64,000 bases of DNA. Origin: the human T2T-CHM13v2.0 reference genome, Homo sapiens. This document shows positions 34,653-50,470 of this stretch, one piece after another. A program made the translations under genes and the position numbers. How positions within the stretch are numbered: the stretch's first letter is position 1; each line of letters begins with the position of its first letter. The notes below the pieces were generated by a model. The model was not told the origin of the DNA. It made no database searches and saw nothing but the letters and a program-made list of their open reading frames with translations. The stretch lies in NCBI RefSeq assembly GCF_009914755.1, contig NC_060926.1, one strand, 5' to 3'.

Positions 34653-35078
34653 TAATATGCTATTTTAGTACCTCTTGTTTTGGCCATTTAGCTCTAAAAA
34701 TTATTTAAGGTTTAAGCCTTAGATTTCTTTTCTCTCCCCTTCATATCCCCCCACCTTTGGAGACCTAGTTGCCTGTCTCTGTGTGGATGATTATCACCTC
34801 TGTTTTTATACCCTAATATTTGTCTAATTTATTTTGCATGTTTTCTTGTGAACATTGTCATCACCCCAAATTCAACTTGCTCTATAGCAAAATAACTCAT
34901 GTTTTTCCTAAAATTAGACTGACTTGTAGAGTTCCTGAGTTTTTATGAAAGGTATTAGTATTTTTCTGGTTTCTTGGTCATCTTTCATTCTTTCTTCATT
35001 ATTGATTAAACATTGGGAAGATAAACGAATCTTGATTTCTGTTTTCTCCTGGTTCTTTCCATTTTCAATTAGCAATGA

Positions 35079-35445
<367 letters not shown>

Positions 35446-35616
35446 GGTATTACCTACTTTAATAGTTCTATATTTTGAAACTTTAACATAATGAAATTTT
35501 TTTGACGTCAAGCTTGTAATAAAAATTTTTCTTTCTGTGTTTGAAAGCTGTAGAAGAAAAACTGCTGTAAACTATAAACACACACTGTCTCTCACAAGTG
35601 TCTATATATTATATAT

Positions 35617-35946
35617 GGTCATGCCACATAATGATATTTCAGTTAGTGACAGACTGCATATATGATGGTAGTCCCATAAGATTAAAATACTGTATTTTTA
35701 CTGTACCTTTCCTATGTTTAGATACACAAATGCCACTGTGTTACAGTTGCCTACAATATTTAGAACAGTAACATGCTGATAGGTTTGTATCCTGGAAGCA
35801 GTAGGCTAGACCATATAGCCTAGGTGTGTAGTAGGCTACACAGTTGTAGGTTTGTGTAAGTCACTCTGTGATGTTTGCACAACAACAAAATTGCCTGACA
35901 GCACATTTCTCAGAACATACCCACATCATTAAGTGATCTATGACTG
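35617..35946. mobile_element. Tigger3/MER7-like TcMar DNA transposon
   Basis: GGTCATGCCACATAATGA...CCCATAAGATT...CTATGACTG termini. Confidence 0.7.
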
Positions 35947-37267
35947 CATATTATATATATGCATATATATTTATATATATTTATGTGTATGTATATATGT
36001 GTATATATATAGCCTGTACTTCAGAGAAGTTTCCTGTAGGAGTGAGGTAATTGAAAACTATGAACTTTGTGCTATGTGGAGAGCAGGGCTTCTTAGCAGC
36101 CTTATCATTTTGAGTTGGATAATTCTTTGTTATGGTGGGAGGCGTGTTTCCTGAGTATTGTAGGATGTTTTGCATCATCCATCCCTGGCCTCTATTCACT
36201 AGATACTAGTAACATCCCCTCCCCTCACAAGTTATGACAGCAAAAAATGTTTCCAGGCATTGTCAAATGTCCCTTGATGGGTACAAAATCTTCACAAGTT
36301 GAAAAGTAGAGAAACCTGTATGGGCAGTAGATGTAGATATAGAAATAGATATGGAATGTTCATTTCCACACTTCACATGGCTTCCTAAGAATGTTCATTA
36401 CTACACAATGAAAAATTGATGAAAGAGGATAGAAAAATTCATGCTTATGTACATTTTTAGACTTCATCCTGAGAAGATGTGACTGAAATAATCTTTTTAG
36501 GGAAATAAAGACAACCTAAAAATGATATATATTTTTATGTGAGGGTGCACTGTGAATTTGGTGAAAAGTTGTACATGTTTAGGTATTAATGTCACCAATA
36601 TTGGTTTCTAATTTCTTTTCTAGCAAGAACTTGTGACTTGATGAAACATTAGGAACTTCTTTTTGAGCAGTTACCCTTTACTTCACTACCAATTTATAGT
36701 TTCCACTACTTTTGTTTTAAGAAGTTTGAGGACTTATGCTTGTTGGTAACCGATCACAGTTATAGTTCTTTGATACTCTCATTTTTCTTCTAAACATTTG
36801 TGAGTTTCTAGAAAATATTCCTGTTTTCTTTTTCCTTCTTACTGTTTCTTGTCCACAGTGCACCTCTCTACCTTAAAAAGAAATACCTGAGCTTGTCCAG
36901 AATAATCCCATGGTTCAAATTCTGCGATGATCATAAGGAGCAAACTTCTGAGTAACAGAACACTTCTAAGCATACTATCTATAATATTTTATCTAGACAG
37001 ATTTCTAAGCCCTCAGGATGATTTAGTCTTCTAGAGTTGACCCAATAAAATATGACCTATATATGAATTCAGAAGGTTTGAGATTATGATCTTAAGTAAC
37101 TAGTATAACTTCTTAGTGTTCCTCTTTGTAAAAATGAAGGATTATTTTTAGCAGATGAGGTTTGAAATTAATATCTTATTTTCTTCATTTCTTCGTAGGT
37201 GGGTCATTCTAATCTGGGCATTAATGAGTCTTTTTCATTTTTATTGCCTTCATTTGTTCCACATAAG

Positions 37268-37361
37268 CCAACAAGAGAGTCGGAATATCACTCTTCAGAT
37301 CTCAGAATGTTGAGGATGTCTCCTGACACTGTGCCAAAGGCTCCTAAACATTTAAAAGCAG
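37268..37361 (+). CDS. ALMS1: ALMS1 coding exon 7 (94 bp, phase 0/1): PTRESEYHSSDLRMLRMSPDTVPKAPKHLKA(G)
   Basis: cataag|CCAACA acceptor (unusual AAG), CAG|gtacgt donor; peptide recalled from ALMS1; phases match exons 6 and 8. Confidence 0.88.
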
Positions 37362-37496
37362 GTACGTAGAAAAAGGAGATAGTAAATGTCCTACTTACGG
37401 ATACCTTGTGAAAAAATATCTTGTTAGGTCTATCTAATTTTGTATTTTTTAATATCTATAATAATTATACTTCAGATTAGATGTGTTTATAAATCC

Positions 37497-37862
37497 TGTC
37501 TTAGTCTCTTTAGACTGCTATTACAAAAATATCTTAGTACTTTAAGTATGGCTTATAAACAACAGAAATTTGTTTCTTGCAGTTCTAGAGGCTGGTTCCA
37601 AGATCAAGTGCTGGGAGATTCAGTGTCTTGTGAGGGCCTGTTTGTCATAGATGACATGTTCCTCTGTGCCCTCCCGTGGTGGAAGGGGCAGGGGGTCTCT
37701 CTGGAGTCGTTTTTTGTAATGGGCACTAATCCCAAACATGTGGCCTGTGTCCTCATGATCTAATTGCTTTCCAAAAGCCTTACCTCCTTAATTTCATCAC
37801 CTTGGGGATTAGGATTTCAACCTATACTTTTCAGGGGGGACACAAACATTCAGACCATCACA
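37497..37862. mobile_element. MST/MLT1A-type MaLR LTR
   Basis: TGTCTTAGTCTCTTTAGACTGCTATTACAAAA...GGGGACACAAACATTCAGACCATCACA. Confidence 0.75.
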
Positions 37863-38749
37863 AGTCCCCTGATGTTTTATTAGAGGAATCATTTGGTTTT
37901 TCATCGCATTCTACATGGCAGTGTTTAGAACTGAATTATATGGAGGAGTCTGATGTTAGAATCTGTTTATTCCTTTGTGTGACTTGAAGGGAAAAAGGAA
38001 TTGATTGAGCCCAAGATGACAAGAGTGGATGCAGATAAGTTTGTAGAGAGGAAATTGAGAGAAATCAGTTTTGAGGTAAAAGCAAGATTATCTGCTGAGG
38101 GAGGTGAGTAGTGGTGGAATTAGGTTAGAGGCATTGAGGAGAGTGGTTTGGTGAAGACTTACAGTTTATGTTGAAGTGAATTTGAGATGGAGCTGACCAA
38201 GGGAAAGTAAAAGGATTGGAGGGCAGTTCTGAGAAGTCAGCTCAGGTTAGTGATAATGATTTTATAATATTGTCAGCCTGTATAGAATCTCTGATTTGTT
38301 TTTCCTGCTAACACTCAGGAATGGAGATGATGAATTACAGTATTGATCCTTGGTTCAGGAATACATTGAATGGGTATGGTAGAAGGATAGCAGTCAAAGA
38401 GAGAAGAGTTGATCACCTATTGGTTTCAGCCTACATAGGGAAAGAGAAGCCAGAAGAGTTGTTATTCTAGGAGAAAATAGAAGGACCAGAGATTTCTTTA
38501 TGAAGTTGATTAGATGAGGTGGGAATAAGTTACTGAGAGCACTAGAAGAATAGGTAATTTTGGTCAGATTGAATAAGTAGATTTAAATGAGGATCAGTTT
38601 GAAGGGTGATGAAATCCATTAAATAGCCCTGGGATTGGATGGTAGAAATTGAATAAAAATTACTGGAGTAAATAAAATTTTGGGTCAGGTACAGTGTCTT
38701 ATGCTTGTAATCTCAGTACTTTGGGAGGCTGAGGTGGGAGGATCACTTG

Positions 38750-41700
38750 GAAGAGTCTGGAAAGGATTGGTATTAATTGTTTTTGAATAGAATTTACTGT
38801 GAAACTACCTGGGCTGTTCTTTGTAGGAAGTTTTTAAATTGCTAATTTCATCTCTTTCCTTGCCATAAGTCTATTTAGATTTTATATTTTTCATGAATCA
38901 GCTTTTGCAATTTGTGTCTTAAATAGAATTTGTCCATTTAGCTAGGCTATCTGTTTACATATATCTGTTCATAATATTCCCATGTAATCTCTTTCATTTC
39001 AGTAAGGTTAGTTACAATGCCCTCTCTTTCATTCCTGATTTTAGTAACTTAAGTTTTCCCTTCTTTTGTTCTCCCTTTGGTGAATCTAGTTAAATTTTGT
39101 CAATTTTGCTGATTTTTTCAAATAAACTGGTTTCTTTATTTTTTTCTAATCTTTATTTTTCTTTTCTGATTTTTGTTTCATTTATTTTCATTCTAGTCAT
39201 TATTTTTCCTTCCTTCCATTTGCTTTGGGTTTAGTTTGTGCTTTTATTCTGTTTTTTAAGGTGGACAGTTAGGTTATTGATTTAAGCTCTTTCTTCTTCT
39301 TATTACAAATATGTATACAAATTGATAAATTCCTAAGCACTGTGTTAGCTGCATGTCCTAAGTTTTGGTTTATTATATTTTTGTTTTAGTTCATCTAAAC
39401 TTATTTTCTAGTTTACATTGTGATTTTTCTACATTTACCCTTTGGTTATTTAGGAATGTGTTGTTTAATTTCCTTCTGTTATTATGTTTCATCTGGTTCA
39501 ATTTTTGTTGGAAAACATACTTTGTATGATTTCTGTCTTTAAGTTTTATTGAGGCTCGTTTTATGTTTTAGCATGTAGTTTATTCTGTAGAATGTACAGT
39601 TTGTACTTGAGAAGAATGTGTATTCTGCTGTTGTTAGGTGGTGTGTTCTATAGATGTCTTTCAGCTCTAGTGGGTTTAGTTGTTCAAATTTTCTGTTTCC
39701 TTGTTGGTCTTCTGACTAGCTGTTTTCTCCATTTTCAAAAGAAGGGTACTGAAGTCTTCAACTCTTTTTGTTTAATTGTCTATTTCTCCCTTTTTTTCTC
39801 TCAGATTTGCTTCACATATTTTGACATTATGATGTTAGATCCATATATGTTTATAATTGTTATATATTCCTGATGAATTGACCTTTTTTTGGAGACAGAG
39901 TCTTGTTCTGTTGCCCAGGCTGAAATGCAGTGCGTGGCTCACTGCAACCTCTACCTTCTGGGTTCCAGCGACTCTCGTGCCTCAGCCTCCTGAGTAGCTG
40001 GGACTATAGGCGTGTGCCCACCATGCCCGATTAATTAGAATTGACCTTTTAATTGTTATAAATTGTTCCTCCATATTTTGAGTAACTTTTTGTTTTAAAG
40101 TCTGTTTTGTCTTAGGTTAGAATAGACACTTCAGCTCTTATGGTTGCTGTTTGTATGGTTTATCTTTTAAAATCCCTCTACTTTCAACCTATTTGTATTA
40201 TCAAAAATGATGTATCTGCTGTAAAGAGCATATAGTTAAATCTTGAGTTTTTAATTTTAAAATTCTATCTGTTTTTGCCTTGTGATGTGATTATTTAATC
40301 TGTTTGCATTTAATGTCATTATTGATGTGATTGGATTCACATTTTCTGGCTTACGTTTGGTTTTTCATGTGTCTTGTGTCCTTTTTCTGTTCCCCTTTTA
40401 TTATTGCATGAAGTGAATATTTTCTAGTATGACACTTTCAGTTTAATTTTTAAAATGATTTTCTAGGTAGTTTTTTTTAAAGTTATATTCTTAGTGATTA
40501 CTCTGGGGCTTATAATATTTATCTTATCAGAATATACTTCTGATTCAATTTATACTAACTTAATTCTAGTATGGTACAGAAACTTTACTCCCGTATAGCT
40601 CTATTCCCTCTTTTTTTTTTGGTGCTATTATTGTTATACATACTACTCACACACGTATATAAATGCCTTTAAGTTTTTGTTTTTTTTTTTAGTCGGGGAC
40701 TTGCTCTGTTGCCCAGGTTGGATTGCAGTGGCATGATCATAGCTCACTCTAACCTGAGCTCAAGTGATCCTCCTGCCTCAGCCTCCTCTGTTGTGAGGCC
40801 CACAGGTGTGTACCACTACACTGAGCTAATTTTTCAAAAAATTTTTTTGGTAGAGATGGGATCTCACTATGTTATTAGTCTTGAACTCCTGGGCTCAAGC
40901 AGTCCTCCCACCTTGGCCTCCTAAAGTGCTGGGATTACACGTGTGAGCCACCATGCCAGCCTGCTTTATATATTTTCAAATTGCTCTTTAAATCAGTTAA
41001 CAGAATACAGGAAATGAAGTATGTCTTTTTGTAGTTACCGATGTAGTTATTTTTACTAGCACTATTTGTTTTGTTATGAAAATGTTACTACTATCTGGTG
41101 TTACTTGTTTTTCAGCCTTTGGAACTTCCTATGTTATTTCTTGTAAGGTGGATCTGCAAGTTCCCTGTTTTATGTATCTGGCGTGTTTTTATTTCATCTT
41201 TTTGAAAGATAGTTTTGCTGGGCTTGGAATTCTTGGTTGACAGTCTTTTTCTTTTCAGCACTTTGAATATGTCTCTTCACTATCTTCTGGCCTTCATAGT
41301 TTTGGATGAGAAGTCAGCTGTTATCTTATTCATGTTCTCTTGTATGTAATTTGTTTTCTCTTGTTGCTTCCAAGATACGCTCTTTGTCTTTCACTTTCAG
41401 TATCTTGATTATGATATGTCTCTCTGTGAATCTCTGTGTTTATTCTACTTTGAGCTCACTGAACTTGTCAGATGTATAGTTAATATCTTTTGTCTAATTT
41501 GGGAAGTTTTCAGCCATCATTTCTTTGAGGATTTTTTCTGCTTCTTTCTCTTTTTTGCCCAGTTATCATCTCTTGCATCACAGTCCACATATATCAGCAC
41601 CCCTAATCTTGTCTCACTGGTCTCTAAGCCTTTGTTTGTTTTTGTTTCTTCTTTCTTTGCTTCAGTTTGCATAGTCTCTATTCATTTATCTTGATGTTTG

Positions 41701-42560
41701 CTGATTTTTTTCTTCTGTCTTGTCCATATCTACTGTTGAGCCTCTAGTGAATTTTTCACTTCAGTTACTGTACTTTTCAGCCTTAGAATTTCCATTTTGT
41801 TATTTTCTAAGTTCTGTCTTTCATTCTGTATTTGATGTGACTTTGCCATCATACCTATCTTTAATTCTTTAAGCATCCTTTTCTTCCCTTTGAATATGTT
41901 TATAATAGCTGCTTTTAATTGTTACTGGCTAAGCCCAATGTGTGTGCCCTCTGAAAGGTAAATTTGCCTATTTTGTTCCCCCTGTGAAGGGGTCACACTT
42001 TCTTTTGCACATCTTACTTTTCTGTTATTGTTCTAAACTGGACGTTTTGGATAATATCTTGTTGCAGCTCTGGATATTGATCCCTTCTCTGGGCTGGTAA
42101 CGTTTGATATTTTTGTTGTTTCGTTATTTAGTGTCTGGTTTGGATTAGTTCTTAATTGCTCACCACCAAGATCTCCATTGTTTTTGTCAGTGTCCTTAGG
42201 CTTGAGCTTTTTATGCTCTGTTTCAAACAAAGTCATTCTCCTTATGGAGATGTGTGGAGCTCTCTGTTCTTATGGCTTGCCTCTGCTGGGCAGAAGCTTT
42301 GTGGCACTGCTCTGTATCTGGGGGCAGGTTCATTGGTCTACTTCTCTTGGAATAACACACCCCTTCTCTATGATTGTGATGCTGAAAGGGGTAGTAGTTA
42401 GTCCCTGTTCTTGGATTGCCTCTCCTGGAGTGGACCCTCACTCCACCTACAAGTGAGCTGGGGGTAGGGATGATTAGAGCTTGGTATTCTCAGGTTGGGA
42501 TAAATCTTCCACTCTATAAGTGGGGACTGGGTGAAGGTAGGTTGCTTCTTGTGTTGTTTC
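38750..42560 (-). mobile_element. Old L1 (L1M) with Alu fragments at ~39885-40030 and ~40675-40962
   Basis: Antisense L1 ORF2/ORF1-like text, e.g. TTGTACTTGAGAAGAATGTGTATTCTGCTGTTG. Confidence 0.75.
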
Positions 42561-42799
42561 TTTTTCACTTATTAGCTAACATCAACAGCCAGTGTTCTTT
42601 CTTTACAGCCTTTCTCCCATGACATCCCTTCCATTCTGCCTTGTTACTTTATGGATCGTATCTACTGATGTACCCAGTTGTACCATTTTAATTATTTGGT
42701 TAAAATGGTACATCTCATTTCTACCAGTAAGATCCTGAGCTCCTCACTTATCTCTCAGAGTAGTATTGTGCTGTATGGGCTGACATTAAAGATTTAATA

Positions 42800-43260
42800 T
42801 TATGCACAGTCTTGACATCTGAAACTGCGAGGTCCTCAAAGGGCCTAACCACAAGTTTACCTGCCAGATATGCCCTCTACTCAGTGGAGAGGCTTCCTAC
42901 ACAGCCAGTTCTTCTATCAACGAGACCAACTGTATTCTACCTGGTACTCAACCTCAGATTTCCATCCCATGCTAACCTGTGAAATTATTCAAACAAGCCA
43001 ATCACACCCTCCTACAGAAATAAAAAAAATCACGCTCTTTTCTTGCTACTACAAGCCTGCCTCCTATGGTTCCTGTTTACTCGTTCTGTTCCCATGTACA
43101 ATCCCTGTGTGGCCCTGCATGTCCTGTGTCTTCCCCAGCTGTGAGTATATGTGACTAATAAACTACCGTCAGTCTCCTCTGTGCAGTGTTGTATTTAGCC
43201 AATCCAGATCTATCAGGCAGCAATCCCTCCCTCATCAATAGGGTGAAGAGGAGGCAAAAG
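42800..43260. mobile_element. Probable ERV-class solo LTR (family not identified)
   Basis: CCAAT box, AATAAA followed by a CT-rich R/U5-like segment; composition distinct from flanks. Confidence 0.4.
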
Positions 43261-44048
43261 AAAGAAATATTTGTGTCCATGTTTGATTCATATTGTATTG
43301 AAATGGTCCCTTGATATTAGTTGCCCTGATTTCTTATTTTTTTATTGGCAAACCTCTGGGTCCTATTTTATAACAAGCAGAAAGTAACTGCCAAGCTTCA
43401 TTTCAAATTGGCTCCAAAGTATGAGTCAAGATAATTTACATATCAGGTAAAGTAGACACACTTAACATAATTTGAATAGTTTAGATTACAAGATAAATTG
43501 GAAACAAGTTTGGATCTGGATTATTGAAAAAGAATCGGTGACACCATTAGAAAGTAGGGTAGTGAATTTAGTTTTGGACATACTGAGTTTGATTTGTCGG
43601 GAGATCATTTGGTTTGAAGTGTCTTCAAAGCCAGTTGAACAAATGGGAAATAGGAAATACAAATTTGGAAGATCTTAAATAATTTGTGATTAAAATTATG
43701 CCGTAAGAGTAGTTAAGCTTTCTGAAGGAGCATGGGTAGAGAGAAAAGCAAAATGTCAAGGATGGTACCTCATGGAATACAATAGCAGAAAGAGGCCAAT
43801 AGAAAATACCAAAAAAGACAGATATTTTGTTTAAATTCTTACTCTGATTTAGTTCTTACCTCTTCAGTTTCCATTCCAATTTCTTAGTGCCTTTACTATA
43901 TCACACTGGATTTTGTTGCACGAACATTTAGGATTGCTTTGTCTTCTTGGTGGATTGATCCTTTACAATTATGTAAGAATTCTCTTTGTCCCTCGTAATT
44001 TTCTTTGTTCTGAAGATTATCTTATATAGCCACTCCTATAGAATAGTT

Positions 44049-44202
44049 CTTTTCTTTCTTCTTCTTCCTCTTCTTCCTCTCCTCCTCCTCCTTTTTTTCT
44101 TCTTTTTTCTTCTTCTTCTTCCTCCTGCTCCTCCTCTTTCTTCCTCTTTTTTCTTCTTTCTTCTTTCTTTTTCTCCTCCTCCTCCTCTTTTTTTTTTTTT
44201 TT
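44049..44202. repeat. (CTT/CCT)n polypyrimidine tract at the tail of an antisense Alu (44203..44490)
   Basis: Direct reading; abuts AluJ-like body. Confidence 0.92.
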
Positions 44203-44564
44203 AAATAAAGATAAAGTCTCACTCTGTTGCCCAGGCTGGAGTGCAGTGATATGATCATAGCTCCACAGCCTTGAATTCCTGGGCTCAAGCAGTCCTTCTG
44301 CCTCACTCTCTGAGTAGCTAGGACTATAAATGCACACTAATATGCCCAGCTAATCTTTTTTTTTTTGTAGAGACAAGGTCTTGCTATGTTGCCTAGGCTG
44401 GTTTTCAGCTCCTGGCCTTTCAAAGCCTGATCCTCCCATCTTGACTTCACAAAGTGCTGAGATTACAGGCATGAGCCACCGTACCCGGCCTTTTTATCTG
44501 TCTTTTAGTTTCAACCTTACTATGTCATTATGTTTGAAGTGAATTTTTTGTAGACATCATATAA

Positions 44565-45796
<1,232 letters not shown>

Positions 45797-47206
45797 TGAT
45801 TGTCTTTTCTCAGTTTGTGATTTTCCTGGTTCTTAGTGGTAAAAATGAATTTTGATTATATCCTGGACATTTTGGATATTATGTTAGGAGACTTTGATTC
45901 CTATTTATAATCTTCTGTTTAGCAGGCAGTTGCTCTATTTAGGTTTTCCATATAGGCTCTGGCCTATTTATGTGGCTGTGATCCCAAAGATAATTTAGTT
46001 TTCAGGGGAGTTGCATTCTGGTCTACTTCAGTGGTACCATTGAGGCTCCCACTCAGTCCCTGTTGGTGATGCTTATGTGGGTGGAATGGTCTTCCTCAAG
46101 GCCTGCTGGTGCTGTGTGGGAAGGGGGAGATGCTAACCCACAGAGTAGAGAACATTTCCCTGGGCCTGCCCCTGGACCAACTGGTGTCAGTGGGTCACCC
46201 ACTTGATTCTTGTTGATGGCATTCATGGGGGTAGAAAATGCTTTTCTAGGCCTCCTGATGCATCTAGGTAGGATGCTGGGCCCCTGCGATGGAGAACATT
46301 TCCTTGAACCTACTCTCTGGGTTTCTCAATGCTGGTGGACTTCCCATTCAATTTTTGCCAGTGCCACTGGGGAAGGAAAGTGCCTACCTGAGCTGTCTTT
46401 TACCACAGGAGAGTTAGGAGATGGTGGACCTAGGTCTTCTTTTGTTACTGGCTAGAGGACAGGGAGATGCCAAACCTGTTGGGACTCTCTGCCTGGTTTT
46501 TGCTGGCACTACAGTTCTGGTGGTGCAAGCCTACCTGTTGCTGCTGGGTTGGAGTAGGGTGTGGGGAGATGGGACTGTCTGCTAAGTCTGCTGGGCTGCC
46601 CGTTTCTTGGTCCATGGCCCACAGACAGCAGGCTTTTCTTGGACTTCTTTCTGCCCTCCTTTGTTCCCTTTCTCCTTCCCACTATTCCTATTCCTATTCC
46701 TATTTCTGGTCTTAGTTCCACACTGCAGGCCTCTCCAGGGTCCAGCCTCAGATATAAGAGAGTTAAAAAGAAAACTAAGGAAGTCATTGCCATGTTGTTC
46801 TCCAGTCTGGAGGTCCTTAGCTAGTCTGCGTTTCACTTTCTACCTTTCAGTTTTTTTTTTGTCTTTTGGTTTCTAGGGAAGTGGAGGGAAAAGCAAATTT
46901 ATATCATTTTGTCAGGGACCAGAAGACAACTGGAGTTTTGAAAACTTGACTTAGATGTGCTATTGTCTTTGGTTGTTGGTAGAAATAATCATATGGGGGA
47001 AGTGAGGTAAAGATCTTTCTCAGGCAATATTGAATAAACTCAGGGATCTCAAGCCACAGAAGATGGGGACACCTATGCCATGAAACTTTCCTAACTTTTC
47101 TAAAATCTGCAGCCCGTGTCCTGAACTACTAATAATAGCTGACATTTATTGCTTGTTCACATTGCTAAGCATTTTATGTATTATTATTATAATGTATATT
47201 ATATAA

Positions 47207-47345
47207 TACAGGTTGAGCATCCCTAATCTGAAAAACCACAATCCAGAATGGTCCAAAATCTGGAACTTTTTGACTGCTGACATGATATTCAAAGGAAATA
47301 CTCATTAGAGCATTTTGGATTTCAGATTTTTGGATTAGGTATGCA
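47207..47345. mobile_element. Tigger4/MER46-like DNA transposon
   Basis: TACAGGTTGAGCATCCCTAATCTGAAAA...TTTCAGATTTTTGGATTAGG inverted termini. Confidence 0.75.
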
Positions 47346-50164
47346 CAATATGTTCTTTTATCATATTATTATTATGCCATATTGTTTTATATTTTTAATC
47401 TGACTTATGATGATGGGCACTGCTATTATTCTATTTGCTATCTGAGCAAAATGAAACTTAGAGTGACTTGCCCAAAGTCCCACTTTCTCTAAGAGGATTT
47501 TGATAGCTTCATTCCATATTGTTCTCTCTGTTTCTCAAGTTTTAAATGCCTTTATAACCTTACCATAAACATATCACACCATCAGTTTTTCCAAATTCTT
47601 TCTCAGAGAGGGCACCAATTTAATTTCTATTATATACTTAACACTAATCTTGGCATATGATAAAGGCATGAAAGAGTCTCGATGATTGTTTGCTAACTGA
47701 AGAGTTCATCAGTTAGTGGTACAGTACTGGCTGCCTCAGCTTGTTTACAGCATCAGGTAGTGACATAGTAGGAAACAATGCTTTGTGCAAGAAAGGATTT
47801 TAACTTCTTCCTAGGTAATATCAACACCCAGGGCTTCAGTTATTTCCTATGACTGATGAGTTCCAATTGTAGGACTCTATCTAGATATATCTCATACTCC
47901 AAATGTTTGTATCTGACTACTATGAAATGTCTTCATTTGGATGTCCCATAGGTATCTTAATGTCAGAACTTTAAAAATGGAGCCAATCATCTCTTTAAAC
48001 CTACTCTTCCTTCTCTATTTCTTCTCAGTGAATGAGTGTCTACTTATTAGCCAAGCTAGAAACTTGTATTCTTCTTTCACCCTCATCCCTGCCCAATCAC
48101 TTAATCTCGTTGATTCTATCAGACTCCCATTCTCTTTTCTGAATTACTGCATTAGTAATGGAAAACTGATCATCTTCTCTGCCACTTATTTTCAGTATTA
48201 AGCCAAAATAGTCTGTTTACAGGGCAGACTTGATAATGTCACTTCCTAGTTTGGAGTTCTTGCTTTCCATTGTTAACCTTGGGGTAAATTCTAAACTCCT
48301 TAGTACATAGTAGAAGGTCCCTGCTTACCTTCTTAGCCTTATACTTGCCTCTTTTTTCATAGTGAACTACTCTCATTTCTTCATGATGCTAGACCCTCTT
48401 GTCTCCTTGATCTCATAGATGCTATTTTCTCTACTTGGAATGCTTCCCTATTTTTTATATGCCCATCTTTGCCTAATTTCTGGTTTTTATCCTTTCATTC
48501 TGAGCTTTGCTGTCTTTCAGGAAAATGTTTCTGTTTTTCACTGTTCACCATGACTCTTTAAGAAAGAGCCAGATACTCCTTACATATGTTGCTATAGTAT
48601 CCTGTAAACAGCCTCCCTAATCACTGCCCTTACACTGAATTTAGTAATTGCTTTTTTTTACTTGTTTCTGTCTCCCACAGGACTTTAAGCTCTTTGAGGG
48701 TAGAGCTCGGGCTTTGCTAATATATATATTTTTGCACCTGGCTGTGAAAGCTACTCAATAAATATCTGTTGAATGACTTTATGAATTGATGAATATTAAA
48801 TGAATTAACATGCCTGGGTAGACTGGGGGAGGGGTAGAATAAGATGGTAGGCTTTGTATTTTGGCAGGGATCAGTTCTCAAGAAAGTGGATCAAATAAAT
48901 GTAAGTATCATATTTCATTGACTATATGTCAGTTGTAATGAAGGCCTATGGATTAGTGTCTTATCACTATTTTATTGATCTCTGGTTAACATGAGGCTGT
49001 CTCTGTGACTTGAATGGCCTATATGTCTTTCTTTATGTTTTTTGGTGGGTATTGGGGTTTATGTTCCCTGCCTCTAAACCTAATTGATTTATCTTTTAGT
49101 TTTCCTGCCATAATTTTTATTGACGCCCAGTCTTTTGTTTAACCTTACTACCTTAGGTTGTTATTTGTTGGGTATCTTCTCCCTTGAAGATGCAAGTTAC
49201 TCAGGGCAGGGAGGGAACCTGCGTGTGGCTCAGAGTAAGGGAGGACTTTAGTTTGGGGCAGGACTTTGAAGGGTTCTCTTAAAGATGAGGAGCCTGGAAG
49301 CAAGATCTGAAATTACATCTTCTCCTGTCCCAGAGGGAATTTCTTTGAGTAGGGGTGCACCTATCAGGGTGGTTTGATGACTGGGTATTACTATGACCAG
49401 GTTATAACTTTCCCAGGGTTATTCTGTTAGGAAATAGTGTTTGGGATTTGATGTTTGAGTACAGAGTTCATGAACTTTTCACAACACCAGCAGTTCATTA
49501 GCTTTTTGAAACCTCTGCCCACTTAGGAATGAGGAAGAGTCTATAACGCACTTTACCTAACAATTCCTGCTTTCGCATTGAAAAAGAACTTAGTGATAGC
49601 AACAACAAAATTAGGAATTAAATTACAGGCTATAATGTTAGCTCGTGTATGTGATTTTTGTGTTATAAAACAGTGCCCTATTATCTTTTGAAACTAAGCA
49701 ATTTTATTACATTTAACTTGATTTTGTATTGCAAGTTATTTAAATGGCATACATTTATCAACAGGACAACGTTAATGAATTATCAGTATGCAGGAACTTT
49801 GGAAGGGTTATATTTACGTCCACTGTGGTAATAAGGGTATCAAAAATCCTGTTTGAACTGTGATATATTGTGTTAAGTTTAGTTATGAGAGAATATAGTT
49901 TAAGATAATGAATGTAGAGATAAACATCTATGAGTTAACTGAGGGATTAACGAAATACAACACAATTATAATTATTTAGTTATCAATAATTAATAATTAG
50001 GAACTTATAAAAATGATATAGTAATTAATTAGAAAGCAAGAATAACAACAATGAAGACAAAGACCCATTTAAAATATCACTGGTGTCTTTTTAAAAAAAC
50101 ATGAATTTGAGTTTTACTTCTCTGTACACACAATAGGTGCTTTTGCCAGACTTTTTAAAAAAAA

Positions 50165-50470
50165 ATCTTTTTTATTTTTAATATTTATGAGAACATAGTA
50201 GGTGTATATATTTATGGGGTACATGAGATATTTTGACACAAACATACGATGTGTAATAATCACATCAAGGTAAATGGAGTATCTGTCACCTCAAGCATTC
50301 ATTATTTCTTTATGTTGTGAAAATTCCAGTTATACTCTTTTAATTTAAAATGCGTTATAAATAATTGTTGACTGTAGTCACCGTATTGTACTATATCATA
50401 TTCTAGAGCTTATTCATTCTAACTACATTTTTGTACCCATTAACCATCCTCCTCACTACCTTCCCAGCCC
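50165..50470 (-). mobile_element. L1MA 3'-end fragment
   Basis: ATAGTAGGTGTATATATTTATGGGGTACATGAGATATTTTGA... Confidence 0.8.

Noticed and set aside
36624-36950. Strong-looking acceptors at 36623 and 36858 in intron 6
   Set aside because: Immediate stops in the required phase 0 and no convincing donor
43986-44337. K/E/R-rich and F/L-rich ORFs
   Set aside because: Artefact of the (CTT/CCT)n tract at an Alu tail
46210-46876. Cluster of overlapping ORFs in a GC-richer segment
   Set aside because: Sits at the end of an old antisense L1 and is probably its decayed 5' region; peptides are not recognisable
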